Part shown: positions 19,141 to 30,537 of the stretch, in pieces | Numbering within the stretch: position 1 is the first letter of the stretch | How the letters are laid out: each line of letters begins with the position of its first letter | Assembly (NCBI GenBank): GCA_963725865.1 | Contig: CAVSAC010000012.1 | Span: 864,001-928,000 of the forward strand | Length of the DNA stretch: 64,000 nt | Source of the DNA: Candidatus Eiseniibacteriota bacterium | GTDB taxonomy: Bacteria; Eisenbacteria; RBG-16-71-46 | Direction of reading: 5' to 3' | Notes under the pieces: generated by a model | The model's input: the letters and a program-made list of their open reading frames with translations, nothing else | Told to the model about the DNA's origin: nothing | Database searches by the model: none | Program-made: the position numbers and the translations under genes

Positions 19141-19980
19141 TCAGTCACCGGTCCGCTCCGCCGCGGCCAGCACCTTCACCCAGTTGACGCGCTCGTAGGC
19201 GTCCCGGAAACCCATGCGACGCAGGTTGTGGGTCGAGGGATTGGGGCGCTCCGGGGTGTCGAGCGCGGTTTCGACGACCAGATGTCGGCAGTCCGCCGCG
19301 CGCGCGGCCTCGATGCGCCGGGCGATGAGCGCGGTCTGCAGTCCGCGGCCGCGCGAGGCGGGACGCGTCGCCGCGAGCCCGAGCCACGCCGCGTCACCGT
19401 GGATGAACAGCCCGCCGCCCGCGGCCAGCGCCCCGTCCTCGTACGCGCCGAAGAGACTCCAGCCGGGCCGCCCGTGCGTGGCGGCCAGCCACGGCACCAT
19501 CGAGGGCGGATAGCCGAACGTCTCGACCAGCAGCGCCGCCAGCACTCCGGCGTCCGGGCGCGGCAGCGGGACCACGCGCGGGTCGTCCGGCGCCGGCGCG
19601 GCTTCCGCCGCGTCGCGATGCAGCTTGAGCCACGCGTTGTGCCGCCGGAAACCGCGCCGCTCGAGCCACTCGCCCAGCGTGGCGGGCTCCGCGATCGGCG
19701 CGACCTGCGCCATGCACCGCTTCGCACCCGCCGCGCGGAAGAACGCGAGCGCCGAGTCGAGGTCCGCCTCGCGCGCGGGCGGACCGCTGCCGAGCCCGAG
19801 CACGCGATTGAATCGCAGGACGTCGAGCGCAGGAGCGCACAGCGCCACCGCGGAGCCGAGCGGGAGGTGGGCGAGGCCGAGCGCGCGGCCGGGATCCGCG
19901 GCCGGGTCGTGGAGCGACGTCGCCGCGGCGACCTCGACGCGCTCGCACACGCGCGCGACCTCGATGTCCCGGGGGGCCAT
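19141..19980 (-). CDS. GNAT family N-acetyltransferase
   Basis: C-terminal AATRPASRGRGLQTAL acetyl-CoA motif and NPSTHNLRRMGF. Confidence 0.8.
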   Translation of the reverse strand: MAPRDIEVARVCERVEVAAATSLHDPAADPGRALGLAHLPLGSAVALCAPALDVLRFNRVLGLGSGPPAREADLDSALAFFRAAGAKRCMAQVAPIAEPATLGEWLERRGFRRHNAWLKLHRDAAEAAPAPDDPRVVPLPRPDAGVLAALLVETFGYPPSMVPWLAATHGRPGWSLFGAYEDGALAAGGGLFIHGDAAWLGLAATRPASRGRGLQTALIARRIEAARAADCRHLVVETALDTPERPNPSTHNLRRMGFRDAYERVNWVKVLAAAERTGD

Positions 19981-20262
19981 GAGCCGAGACTAGCGGCCGC
20001 TGCCGGGCGCGGCAAGCACCGCGGGCGCGCGCTCGGGGCGTCGACGCGCCCGCTCGGCTCGTGGCCCGCGAGGCGCGACCCGCGCGGCCAAGGGCGTCGG
20101 TTTTCGCCGGCGGGCGCGCGTGTGCTACCTTGCCGATCCGTGCTGGACGTGCACGTGCCCTCTGCCCACGCCGCCTCGGACGCCGCTCTCGCGCCCGGTG
20201 CGGCGCGTCTCGTTGGAGGGCGCTCCGGGTCCGGTGAGGCCTGACGCGAAAGGACGGGGACG

Positions 20263-21944
<1,682 letters not shown>

Positions 21945-21948
<4 letters not shown>

Positions 21949-22766
21949 GCGCGTTCACGGTCGCCGGGGCGGAACTGGGCGGGCCGCGCCTGTTCGCGAT
22001 CGCCGGCCCGTGCGTGGTCGAGAGCGAGGGTCTGTGCCTGACGGTCGCGCGCACGCTGCGCGACGCGTGCGCCGCGCGCGGAGTCCCGTACGTGTTCAAG
22101 GCGTCGTATCGCAAGGCCAATCGCTCGAGCGGGCGCTCGTTCGCGGGGCTCGCGATGGAGGAGGCGCTCGCGGTGCTCGCGAAGGTCAAGCGCGAGATCG
22201 GGGTGCCGATCCTGACCGACGTGCACGAGACCGGCGAGATCGCGGCGGCGGCGGCGGTCGCGGACATCCTCCAGATCCCCGCGTTCCTGTGCCGGCAGAC
22301 CGCGTTGCTCGAGGCCGCGGCGCGCAGCGGGCGCGCGGTGAACGTGAAGAAGGGGCAGTTCCTCGCGCCCGCCGACATGCGCCACGCGGTCGACAAGATC
22401 GTGGGGGCCGGCGGAGCCCAGGTGCTGCTGACCGAGCGCGGCGCCAGCTTCGGCTACGGCGACCTGGTCGTGGACATGCGCGCGCTCGTGGTGATGCGCG
22501 AGCTGGGGTGGCCGGTCGTGTTCGACGCCACCCACAGCCTGCAGCGCCCGGGCGGCGCCGAGACCGGCGGCGACCGGCGCTTCGCCTTCCCGCTCATGCG
22601 CGCGGCGGTCGCGTGCGGCATCGACGGGCTGTTCTTCGAGACCCATCCCGACCCGGCGCACGCCCTGTCCGACGCCGCCACCCAGTTGCCGCTCGCGCAG
22701 GCCGCGTCGTTCCTCGACGAGGCGCTGCGGGTGCGCGCGGCGGTGGAGGAGCCCGCCCGTGGCTGA
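21945..22766 (+). CDS. kdsA: Kdo-8-phosphate synthase
   Basis: [44 protein letters not shown] overlap with pyrG. Confidence 0.96.
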
Positions 22767-23295
22767 GGCCCCGACGCCGCTCGAGTGCCCGTTCCCCGGT
22801 CCGGTGAAGGTGCTGTTCCTCGACGTGGACGGCACGCTCACCGACGGCGTCATCGGCTTCACCCGCGAGGGCGACCTGCGCCACTTCTGGATTCGCGACG
22901 GACTGGCCCTGGAATGGGCGCGAGAGCTGGGCGTGCTGCCGGTGGTCATCTCGGGGCGCGACTCCCTGGCGGTCGCCGCGCGCATGCACGACCTGAAGCT
23001 CGAGCACTACCTCGGCATCCGGGACAAGGTGGCGATCGCCGAACAGGTCCTGCGGCGCGAGGGCGCGCGCTGGGAGGAGTGCGCGATGGTCGGCGACGAC
23101 CTTCCCGACGTGCCGATGCTCCGCCGCGTGGGCTGGCCGATCGCGGTCGCCGACGCGTCGGCCGAGCTGTTCCCGCTGGTGCGCGGCGTGACCCGCGCAC
23201 GCGCGGGCTACGGCGCGGTGCGCGAGGTGGTCGAATCGGTGTTGCGCCACAACGGAACGTGGCCGCGCGTGCTGCAGCGCTACGAGGTGACATGA
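22759..23295 (+). CDS. kdsC: Kdo-8-phosphate phosphatase (HAD IIIA)
   Basis: LDVDGTLTDG, RDG, GDDLPD, GYGAVRE. Confidence 0.92.
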   Translation: MAEAPTPLECPFPGPVKVLFLDVDGTLTDGVIGFTREGDLRHFWIRDGLALEWARELGVLPVVISGRDSLAVAARMHDLKLEHYLGIRDKVAIAEQVLRREGARWEECAMVGDDLPDVPMLRRVGWPIAVADASAELFPLVRGVTRARAGYGAVREVVESVLRHNGTWPRVLQRYEVT

Positions 23296-24272
23296 AGAGT
23301 CCGGCCGAACTGCTCGCGCTCGCGCGCGACGTGGTGCGCACCGAGGCCGCGGCCGTCGCGGGCCTCGAAGCGCGGCTCGACGACTCGTTCGTCGAAGCCG
23401 TCACGGTGCTCGCCGCCTGCCGCGGCAAGGTGATCGTGTCGGGGGTCGGCAAGTCCGGCCTGCTCGCGCACAAGCTCGCCGCCACGCTGACGAGCACCGG
23501 CACGCCCGCGATCTTCCTGCATCCGACCGACGCGCTGCACGGCGACGCGGGGTTGTTCTCGGCCGGCGACGTGGCCCTGTTCATCTCGAAGAGCGGCGCC
23601 AGCGAGGAGTTGCTCGCGCTGCTGCCGTATCTCGAGCGCCGCGGCATTCCGCTGCTGGCGCTGGTCGCCACCCCGGCGACGCCGCTCGCGCGCAAGGCGC
23701 GCGTGACGCTGCTCACCGGCCCGCTGCGCGAGGCGTGCCCGATGGACCTCACGCCCACCACCAGCATCACCGTGGCGCAGGTGATGGGGGACTGCCTCGC
23801 GATCGCGCTGCTGGAGCAGCGGGGCTTCGACGCCGAGGACTTCCGCTTCCTGCATCCCGGCGGCGTGATCGGTCAGACCGCCTCGCGGCGGGTCGAGGAG
23901 CTGATGCACGACGGCGACCGCATGCCGGCGGTCGGCGAGAGCGCGCCGCTGCGGAGCGTGATGATCGAGATCATGGACAAGCGCCTCGGCATCACCACGG
24001 TGCTCGACGGCGCCGGCCGGTTGGCGGGCGTGATCACCGACGGCGACTTCAAGCGCATCCTCATGAAGCACGCCGACCCGTGGGCGCTGACGGCCGCCGA
24101 CGTGATGGGCCGCTCGCCCAGCGTCATCGCACCCGACGCACTGGTGGCGGCGGCGGTGCGCGCGATGGAGGAGCGCCCCGCGGGCCCCATCACCGCGCTG
24201 GTGGTGGTCGACGGCGACCGACGCCCGGTGGGGGTGCTCCACCTGCACGACTGCCTGCGCACCGGCGGCTGA
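23292..24272 (+). CDS. kdsD: Arabinose-5-phosphate isomerase (SIS + CBS)
   Basis: GVGKSG, STGTPAIFLHP..ALHGD, EACP..LTPTTS, HPGG, two CBS domains. Confidence 0.93.
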   Translation: MKSPAELLALARDVVRTEAAAVAGLEARLDDSFVEAVTVLAACRGKVIVSGVGKSGLLAHKLAATLTSTGTPAIFLHPTDALHGDAGLFSAGDVALFISKSGASEELLALLPYLERRGIPLLALVATPATPLARKARVTLLTGPLREACPMDLTPTTSITVAQVMGDCLAIALLEQRGFDAEDFRFLHPGGVIGQTASRRVEELMHDGDRMPAVGESAPLRSVMIEIMDKRLGITTVLDGAGRLAGVITDGDFKRILMKHADPWALTAADVMGRSPSVIAPDALVAAAVRAMEERPAGPITALVVVDGDRRPVGVLHLHDCLRTGG

Positions 24273-24332
24273 CGCGTCGCCGGCGCCGCCGGGGCGCTTG
24301 AGGCGCGGGGCGGGAACCGCGATGCTGGTCCG

Positions 24333-24905
24333 GTGTCCGATGTCGTCGCTACCTCGCCGCCGGCCCTGATCCTCACGCTCGGCCACTCTTCGCGCCCGCT
24401 CGCCGACACGCTCGCGCTGCTGCGCGCGCACGCGGTCGCGGGCGTGGTCGACGTGCGGCGCTTTCCGCGCTCGCGTCGCCATCCGCACTACGACGCGGTG
24501 CCGCTCGCCGCGGCACTCGCGGCGGCGGGCATCACATACCGCCACGCCGAGCCGCTCGGCGGCTACCGCGAGCCGCACCCCGAGAGCCCGCACACCGCGC
24601 TGACCGAACCGGCGTTCCGTGGCTACGCCGACCACATGGGCAGCGCGGAGTTCGCGCGCGCGGTCGACGGGCTGCTGGCGGAGGCCGCCGACCATCGGCT
24701 CGCGCTGATGTGCGCGGAGGCCCGCCCCGAACAGTGCCACCGCTCGCTGCTGGCCGACGCGCTGCTCGCGCGTGGCGCGCGCGTGGAGCACGTCGTCGAC
24801 CTCGGTCCGCGCGAGCCGCACCGGCTCACTCGCGGGGTGCGCGTGCACGCGGGCCGGGTATCGTATCCGGGAAGCGGGACGCAGCTCTCCATCGGCGGTC
24901 TGTGA
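24333..24905 (+). CDS. DUF488 family protein
   Basis: TLGHS, DVRRFPRSRRHP, FRGYADHM, LMCAE..CHR. Confidence 0.85.
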   Translation: MSDVVATSPPALILTLGHSSRPLADTLALLRAHAVAGVVDVRRFPRSRRHPHYDAVPLAAALAAAGITYRHAEPLGGYREPHPESPHTALTEPAFRGYADHMGSAEFARAVDGLLAEAADHRLALMCAEARPEQCHRSLLADALLARGARVEHVVDLGPREPHRLTRGVRVHAGRVSYPGSGTQLSIGGL

Positions 24906-25114
24906 GTCTTCGTGCTTGCCGAAACCGGCGCCGGGCCCGATGCTCGCGCGGTCGCCGAGGTCCTCGACGATCCTCGCGGGCCGCGGGAGGAGATACGACC
25001 TCTCGTCGCCCGCACGCGCGAGTGCACGCCGCCGCCCGCGCACGGGGGCCCCATCCCCCCTTCACCCATCCGTCCCAGGTTCGGATCCACCTCGGCCCCC
25101 ACGAGGAGAACTCC

Positions 25115-26545
25115 ATGAGGCTCGGAATCCTGTTGCTGTGTTGTTCCCTGCTGTCGACGCTCGCGGCGTGTGCGCCGCACCCCGCCGCGGACGACGAGGC
25201 CACCGAATCCCTCGCCTCGCCGCCCGCCGTCGTGCGCGACGATCTGCCCCACACGGGACCGTACTTCGACGGTCCGGCGCTCGCGCCCGGTCCGGTGCCC
25301 CCGCGACTCGACCCGGCGCCGGTGAAGGACATCCAGATCGACGTCGTGCACCAGGTCATCGAGCTGGCGCCCGGGGTGAAGTTCAGCGCCTGGACGTTCG
25401 GCGGCCAGGTGCCCGGACCGATCGCGCGCGTGCGGGTCGGGGATCGCGTGCGCTTCAGCATGACGAATCGCAGCGAGGAGGCGATGCCGGGAGTGCCGGT
25501 GTTCGCGGCGCCGATGATGCACTCGATGGACTTCCACGCCGCGATGGTCTCCCCGCAGGACAAGTACCGCTCCATCGCGCCGGGACAGACCATCTCCTTC
25601 GAGTTCGTGCCGCACTATCCGGGCGTGTTCATGTACCACTGCGGCACTCCCATGATCCTCGAGCACATCGCCTCGGGGATGTACGGCATGGTGATCGTGG
25701 AGCCGCGCGAGGGCTGGCCGACACACGTCGACCGCGAGTACGCGATCGTGCAGAGCGAGTTCTACACCCGGCCCGACCCGCAGAAGCGCAAGGTCGACGG
25801 GGTGCCGCTCCAGGTGCTCGATCTCGAGAAGGTGCGGACCAAGCAATCCACGTACACCGTCTTCAACGGCGTCTACAACGGCATGGTCGAGCATCCGCTG
25901 GTCGCGAAGCCGGGCGAGCGCGTGCGCCTCTACGTGCTCAACGCCGGGCCCAGCAACACCTCGAGCTTCCACGTGGTGGGCGAGATCTTCGATCGCGTGT
26001 GGCTCGACGGCAACCCCGCCAATCTCCTGCGCGGGATGCAGACGGTGCTGTTGCCGTCGAGCGGCGCCGCGATCGTCGAGTTCCGCATCCCGGAAGCGGG
26101 GAAGTACGTGATGGTCGACCATCATTTCGCGAACGCCTCGCAGGGTGCGATCGGCGTGATCGATGCCAGCGGCGGCACTCCCGAAGGTCCGCTCGAGCAC
26201 CACAACATGCCGGCGAGCGCGGCCCCGGACGACCCCGAGGCGGCCCAGGGCAAGCTGCGGTTCGAGAGTCAGTGCCTGGCCTGTCACGGCATCGGGAGCG
26301 GCCCCAAGCTCGGCCCCGACCTCCAGGGCGTGACCGCGCGCCGCAGCGACGCGTGGCTGCGCTCGTGGCTGACCTCGCCCACCGCGATGCTGGCGCACGA
26401 CGACACCGCGAAGGCGCTGCTCGCGCGCTACCGCGTGCCGATGCCCGACCAGCAACTCGGCCCCCGCGACATCGATCAGCTGGTGCGCTACTTCCGCTGG
26501 ACCGCGAGCCGCCCGGCGCAGGAGGCTCCACATGCGCACGAGTGA
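25115..26545 (+). CDS. nirK: Copper-containing nitrite reductase, lipoprotein, with C-terminal cytochrome c domain
   Basis: Lipobox LAAC; HSMDFHA, YHCGTPMILEHIASGMYG, SSFHVVGEIFD, MVDH; C-terminal CLACH and Met ligand candidate (PMP); GAGGAG RBS. Confidence 0.88.
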   Translation: MRLGILLLCCSLLSTLAACAPHPAADDEATESLASPPAVVRDDLPHTGPYFDGPALAPGPVPPRLDPAPVKDIQIDVVHQVIELAPGVKFSAWTFGGQVPGPIARVRVGDRVRFSMTNRSEEAMPGVPVFAAPMMHSMDFHAAMVSPQDKYRSIAPGQTISFEFVPHYPGVFMYHCGTPMILEHIASGMYGMVIVEPREGWPTHVDREYAIVQSEFYTRPDPQKRKVDGVPLQVLDLEKVRTKQSTYTVFNGVYNGMVEHPLVAKPGERVRLYVLNAGPSNTSSFHVVGEIFDRVWLDGNPANLLRGMQTVLLPSSGAAIVEFRIPEAGKYVMVDHHFANASQGAIGVIDASGGTPEGPLEHHNMPASAAPDDPEAAQGKLRFESQCLACHGIGSGPKLGPDLQGVTARRSDAWLRSWLTSPTAMLAHDDTAKALLARYRVPMPDQQLGPRDIDQLVRYFRWTASRPAQEAPHAHE

Positions 26546-27050
26546 TCGGGTGTGCCGATGGTCCGCGCGTTACGCGAGCCGATGGTCCGCGCGTTACGCG
26601 AGTCAACGTCTGCTCTGGAGCGCATGCGGGCTGAGCGCGGCCGGCGTGCTGCTCGCCCTGATGGGCGGCGCACAGGTCGCGGGCGCTTGCGGCGCGTGCC
26701 TCGAAGACCGCATGGCGGCGGTCTACGACCACGCGGTGGTGGGGAGCGCACGCGCCCGCGGACACTGGGTGGTCTTCGCCGCCATCGCCGGCGCGCGCAC
26801 GCCTTGGTCGACCGCGCAGGGCGCGCGCGTGCGCCGGGCGCTCGTGGGATGCACGGGGGTCCAGGCGGGCTCGATCCGCCTCGCACCGGCGGCCGCCGCG
26901 GCCTCGTTCGCATTCGACCCGCGCGGCACGTCGCTGGCCGGGCTGCTGGCGCGCATCCGGCGCGACCTCGCGTCCGACGCGCTCGGACTCGACACGCTGC
27001 GAGTGCTGCGAGCGCCGCCGGCGCCGCCACGTCCGCGCGTCGGGGCCTGA
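26532..27050 (+). CDS. Hypothetical protein with CxxC (CGAC), possible metal-binding accessory of NirK
   Basis: Overlaps nirK stop; hydrophobic segment then ACGACLEDRMAAVYDH; start uncertain. Confidence 0.6.
   Translation: MRTSDRVCRWSARYASRWSARYASQRLLWSACGLSAAGVLLALMGGAQVAGACGACLEDRMAAVYDHAVVGSARARGHWVVFAAIAGARTPWSTAQGARVRRALVGCTGVQAGSIRLAPAAAAASFAFDPRGTSLAGLLARIRRDLASDALGLDTLRVLRAPPAPPRPRVGA
26554..26601 (+). repeat. Perfect 24-bp tandem duplication
   Basis: GCCGATGGTCCGCGCGTTACGCGA x2 (encodes RWSARYAS twice). Confidence 0.9.
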
Positions 27051-27177
27051 GCCCCCACGGGGAGGCCGGCGATTCCGGCCGGCGGGTCGTCCCCGCCGCC
27101 GACGGCGCCGTCGAAGCACGGTCAAGATGATGGGGGGGAAGCCCGATAACCAAGGTGAGCAGGCGATCCGGGCCCGC

Positions 27178-27221
27178 TGGCACAGCGCGTGCTTGCGGGC
27201 CCGCGAACCCTTTGCTAGCGT
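27178..27221 (+). promoter_or_regulatory. Adjacent sigma54-type (-24/-12) and sigma70-type promoter motifs upstream of lptC-lptB-rpoN
   Basis: TGGCACAGCGCGTGC (GG-N10-GC) at 27178-27192; TTGCGG-17 nt-TAGCGT at 27193-27221. Confidence 0.5.
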
Positions 27222-27273
27222 GGCGCTCGACGTCTCGAACGTGGTGTCATCGTGGTGCCGAAAGAGGTCCTCC

Positions 27274-27867
27274 ATGCGTTCCTCCCGCATCCGTCCTCTG
27301 GCCGTCGGGGTGCTCGCCGTGTCGCTCGCGGCGGCGCTGGCGACCGGCTGCGGCTCGCGGCACTCCCCGAGCGGCGCGGCGGCGAGCGGCGAGCTGCCGG
27401 ACCAGGAAGTGAGCGATTTCGTGCTCACCGAGACCGACCAGGGCACGCCCGCCTGGCGCCTGTTCGCGCGCTACGCCGCGACCTACAGCGCCCGCAACCT
27501 GATCACCGCCCGCGGCGTGCGGGTGGACTTCTTCGACCGCGAGGGCAAGGGCACCTCGACGCTCACCGCCCGCGAAGGCGAGATCCACCAGACCACGCGC
27601 GACATGACCGCCCGCGGCAACGTGGTGCTCAAGAGCGCCGAAGGCACCCGGATGTCGACCGAGGAGATGCACTTCACCAACCAGAATCAGCGCATCCTGG
27701 TCCCGGTCGATCGCCTGGTCCGCGTCGAGCGCGCCGGCGACGTCCTGACCGGCTACGGCTTCGAGAGCGATCCCGAGCTGCGGCATTTCGAGTTCAAGCG
27801 CGACGTGAGCGCGCTCGTTCGCACGCGCTCCGGCGGCATCATCGGCCCGCCCGAGGGGAAGCAGTGA
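27274..27867 (+). CDS. lptC: LPS export ABC transporter periplasmic protein LptC
   Basis: N-terminal anchor, beta-jellyroll-like sequence (LTAREG..GNVVL..TEEM..LTGYGFESD); position before lptB. Confidence 0.82.
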   Translation: MRSSRIRPLAVGVLAVSLAAALATGCGSRHSPSGAAASGELPDQEVSDFVLTETDQGTPAWRLFARYAATYSARNLITARGVRVDFFDREGKGTSTLTAREGEIHQTTRDMTARGNVVLKSAEGTRMSTEEMHFTNQNQRILVPVDRLVRVERAGDVLTGYGFESDPELRHFEFKRDVSALVRTRSGGIIGPPEGKQ

Positions 27868-28628
27868 GCGACCTGCCCGCGACCCCCACGCCCACCCCGT
27901 GCGACCGGCCCGGCCTGCTTGCCGAGAAGCTGGTGCGCTACTACGGGAAGTGGCGCGTGGTGAGCGACGTCACCATCGAGGTGCGCTGCGGCGAGGTGGT
28001 CGGACTGCTGGGGCCCAACGGCGCGGGCAAGACGACGTCCTTCTACATGATCGTCGGACTGCTGCGGCCGGCCGAGGGGCGGATCCTGCTCGACGGGCGG
28101 GACATCACGCAGGAGCCCGTCTACCGGCGCGCCCGCATGGGTCTCGGCTATCTGGCGCAGGAGCCCAGCATCTTCCGGCGGCTCAACGTGCGCGACAACG
28201 TGCTGGCCGTGCTCGAGACCATGGAGCTCACGCCGGCCCGGCGGCGCGAGCGACTCGACCAGCTGCTCGACGATCTCAACCTCACGCATCTGGCGGACCG
28301 CCAGGCGACCAAGCTCTCCGGCGGCGAGCGCCGACGGGTCGAGATCACACGCGCCCTCGCGCGCGAGCCGTCCTACATGCTGCTCGACGAGCCGTTCGTC
28401 GGGATCGACCCGATCGCCGTCGCCGAGATCCAGGACATCGTCCGGCGCTTGCGCGATCGCGGCCTCGGCGTGCTGATCACCGACCACAACGTCCGGGAGA
28501 CGCTGCGCATCACCGACCGGGCGTACATCATGTACGAGGGGCGCATCCTGCTGCAGGGAACCGCGGAGGAGCTGGCGCAGGACGCCCGCGCGCGGGAGAT
28601 CTACCTCGGCGAGCGCTTCAGCCTCTAG
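27864..28628 (+). CDS. lptB: LPS export ABC transporter ATP-binding protein
   Basis: GPNGAGKTT, YLAQEPSIFR, LSGGERRRVEI, LITDHNVRETL, YLGERF. Confidence 0.96.
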   Translation: MSDLPATPTPTPCDRPGLLAEKLVRYYGKWRVVSDVTIEVRCGEVVGLLGPNGAGKTTSFYMIVGLLRPAEGRILLDGRDITQEPVYRRARMGLGYLAQEPSIFRRLNVRDNVLAVLETMELTPARRRERLDQLLDDLNLTHLADRQATKLSGGERRRVEITRALAREPSYMLLDEPFVGIDPIAVAEIQDIVRRLRDRGLGVLITDHNVRETLRITDRAYIMYEGRILLQGTAEELAQDARAREIYLGERFSL

Positions 28629-28644
28629 CCCCCAGGACCCCACG

Positions 28645-30081
28645 ATGGAAATGAAACCTTCGCTGAACCTGACGATGCGGCCGGCGCTCATCATGACGCC
28701 GCGGCTGCAGCAGGCCCTCAAGCTGCTCCAGGTCCCGACCCTCGAGCTCCAGGCGATCCTCAAGCTGGAGATCATGCAGAACCCGCTGCTCGAGGAGGTC
28801 GACGAGATCGTCGACAGCGAAGACCTCGAGAAGGAGGACTCGCCCGAGGAGACCGCGAATCAGGAGTCCGAGGATCCCGCCGAGGACGACCCCATCGACT
28901 GGTCGGACTACATGCAGGACGGTGCGCTCGACCGCGCGTACATCCCGGAGAGCGAGACGGTCCAGGAGTTCCTCGAGAAGGTGCCGGTCACGCGCACCAC
29001 GCTAGCGGAGTCGCTGCTCGAGCAGTTGCACTTCCTGGAGCTGAGCCCGACGCGGCTGACGGTGTGCGAGTTCCTCGTCGGCTCGCTCGACGACCGGGGC
29101 TTCATCGCCACGCCGCTCGACGAGGTCGCGCAGGCGGTCGGCGCGCCGCCGGAGGAGATCGAGGCGGCCCTGCAGGTCGTGCAGACGCTGGAGCCGATCG
29201 GGGTCGGGGCGCGCGATCTGCGGGAGTGTCTGCTGCTCCAGCTCGCGGCGCGCGGCGAGCGCGACACGCTGCCTTGGCGCCTGATCCACGACCAGTTCGA
29301 CAACCTCGTGAACCGCCGCTTCCCCGAGATCGCACGCCAGCTCCGGTGCTCGGTCGAGGAGGTGCAGGCGGCGGCCGACGTGATCGCGACGTTGAATCCG
29401 CGGCCGGGCCTGCAGGTCTCGAGCGAGGACCCGAAGTACGTGGTGCCCGACCTGCTCGTGGAGCGCGTCGACGAGGAGTACGTGGTGCTGCTGAACGACC
29501 GCCACTTGCCGCGGCTGCGCATCTCCTCGGCGTACGAGGGCGTGCTGCGGGAGAAGAAGAAGGCCGACGCGACCACCGGCGAGCTGAAGACGCGCGAATA
29601 CATCCAGGGCAAGCTCAACTCCGCGCGCTGGCTGATCCAAACCATCGAGCAGCGCCGCCGCACCATGATCAAGGTCATGAACTGCATCATCCGCGAGCAG
29701 CGCGAGTTCTTCGACAAGGGCATCGCGTTCCTGCGGCCTCTGACGCTCCAGCAGGTGGCGCGCCAGATCGACATGCACGAATCCACCGTGAGCCGTGTCT
29801 GCAGCGGCAAGTACGTGCAGACCCCCCGCGGCGTGTTCGAGCTGAAATTCTTCTTCTCGAGCGGCCTCGAGACCGAGGATGGCGAGGACGTCTCGGCTCG
29901 CACGGCCAAGGACATCATCAAGACCCTCATCGACGAGGAGGACAAGAAGGAACCCCTGTCGGACCAGCACATCGCCGAACTGCTCCATCAGCGCGGGCTC
30001 AAGATCGCCCGGCGGACGGTGGCGAAGTACCGCGAACAGCTGAACATCCTGCCGGCGCGCTTCCGCCGGCGGGTCGCCTGA
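28645..30081 (+). CDS. rpoN: RNA polymerase sigma-54 factor
   Basis: TPRLQQALKLLQ, GVGARDLRECL, MHESTVSR, RpoN box ARRTVAKYRE. Confidence 0.97.
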   Translation: MEMKPSLNLTMRPALIMTPRLQQALKLLQVPTLELQAILKLEIMQNPLLEEVDEIVDSEDLEKEDSPEETANQESEDPAEDDPIDWSDYMQDGALDRAYIPESETVQEFLEKVPVTRTTLAESLLEQLHFLELSPTRLTVCEFLVGSLDDRGFIATPLDEVAQAVGAPPEEIEAALQVVQTLEPIGVGARDLRECLLLQLAARGERDTLPWRLIHDQFDNLVNRRFPEIARQLRCSVEEVQAAADVIATLNPRPGLQVSSEDPKYVVPDLLVERVDEEYVVLLNDRHLPRLRISSAYEGVLREKKKADATTGELKTREYIQGKLNSARWLIQTIEQRRRTMIKVMNCIIREQREFFDKGIAFLRPLTLQQVARQIDMHESTVSRVCSGKYVQTPRGVFELKFFFSSGLETEDGEDVSARTAKDIIKTLIDEEDKKEPLSDQHIAELLHQRGLKIARRTVAKYREQLNILPARFRRRVA

Positions 30082-30158
30082 TCTTCGGACGTCGCGGCGC
30101 GGCCACGGCCGGACGCGTCGCGGGGGCCGGCTCACGCAGGCCGGGGGAAGGTTGGACC

Positions 30159-30533
30159 ATGCAGATCACCACGACGGCACGACACTGCGACCTGGATTCC
30201 GAGCTTCGCACTTTCGTCGAGCAGCGCCTGGGACGGTTCCAGCGCTACGCCGGCGACATCCTCGAGGCGCACCTCGTCATCACCGCGGAGAAGTACCGGC
30301 ACATCGCCGAGATCACGGTGCGCCTGCGACAGAATCAGATAGTGGGCCGCGAGGAGGCGACCGACGCCCGCATGGCGATCGACCGCGCGGCCGACGCGCT
30401 GGAGGAGCAGCTCCGGCGCCTCAAGGAGCGCCGCGTGGACCGCAAGCACGAGGCTCGCGGGAGCACGCGCGTGGTCAACGGCCACGCGGCCCCGTCCGCC
30501 GAGGACGAGGGAGCGACTGGCTTCGAGGACTGA
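30159..30533 (+). CDS. hpf: Ribosome hibernation promoting factor (short HPF/RaiA)
   Basis: MQITTTARH..EKYRHIAEI..AIDRAADALEEQLRRLK; follows rpoN. Confidence 0.9.
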   Translation: MQITTTARHCDLDSELRTFVEQRLGRFQRYAGDILEAHLVITAEKYRHIAEITVRLRQNQIVGREEATDARMAIDRAADALEEQLRRLKERRVDRKHEARGSTRVVNGHAAPSAEDEGATGFED

Positions 30534-30537
30534 GATC

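Noticed and set aside
24906..25114. FNR/DNR box upstream of nirK, and the 68-aa ORF 24912..25118
   Set aside because: No TTGAT-N4-ATCAA match; the ORF has no recognisable features
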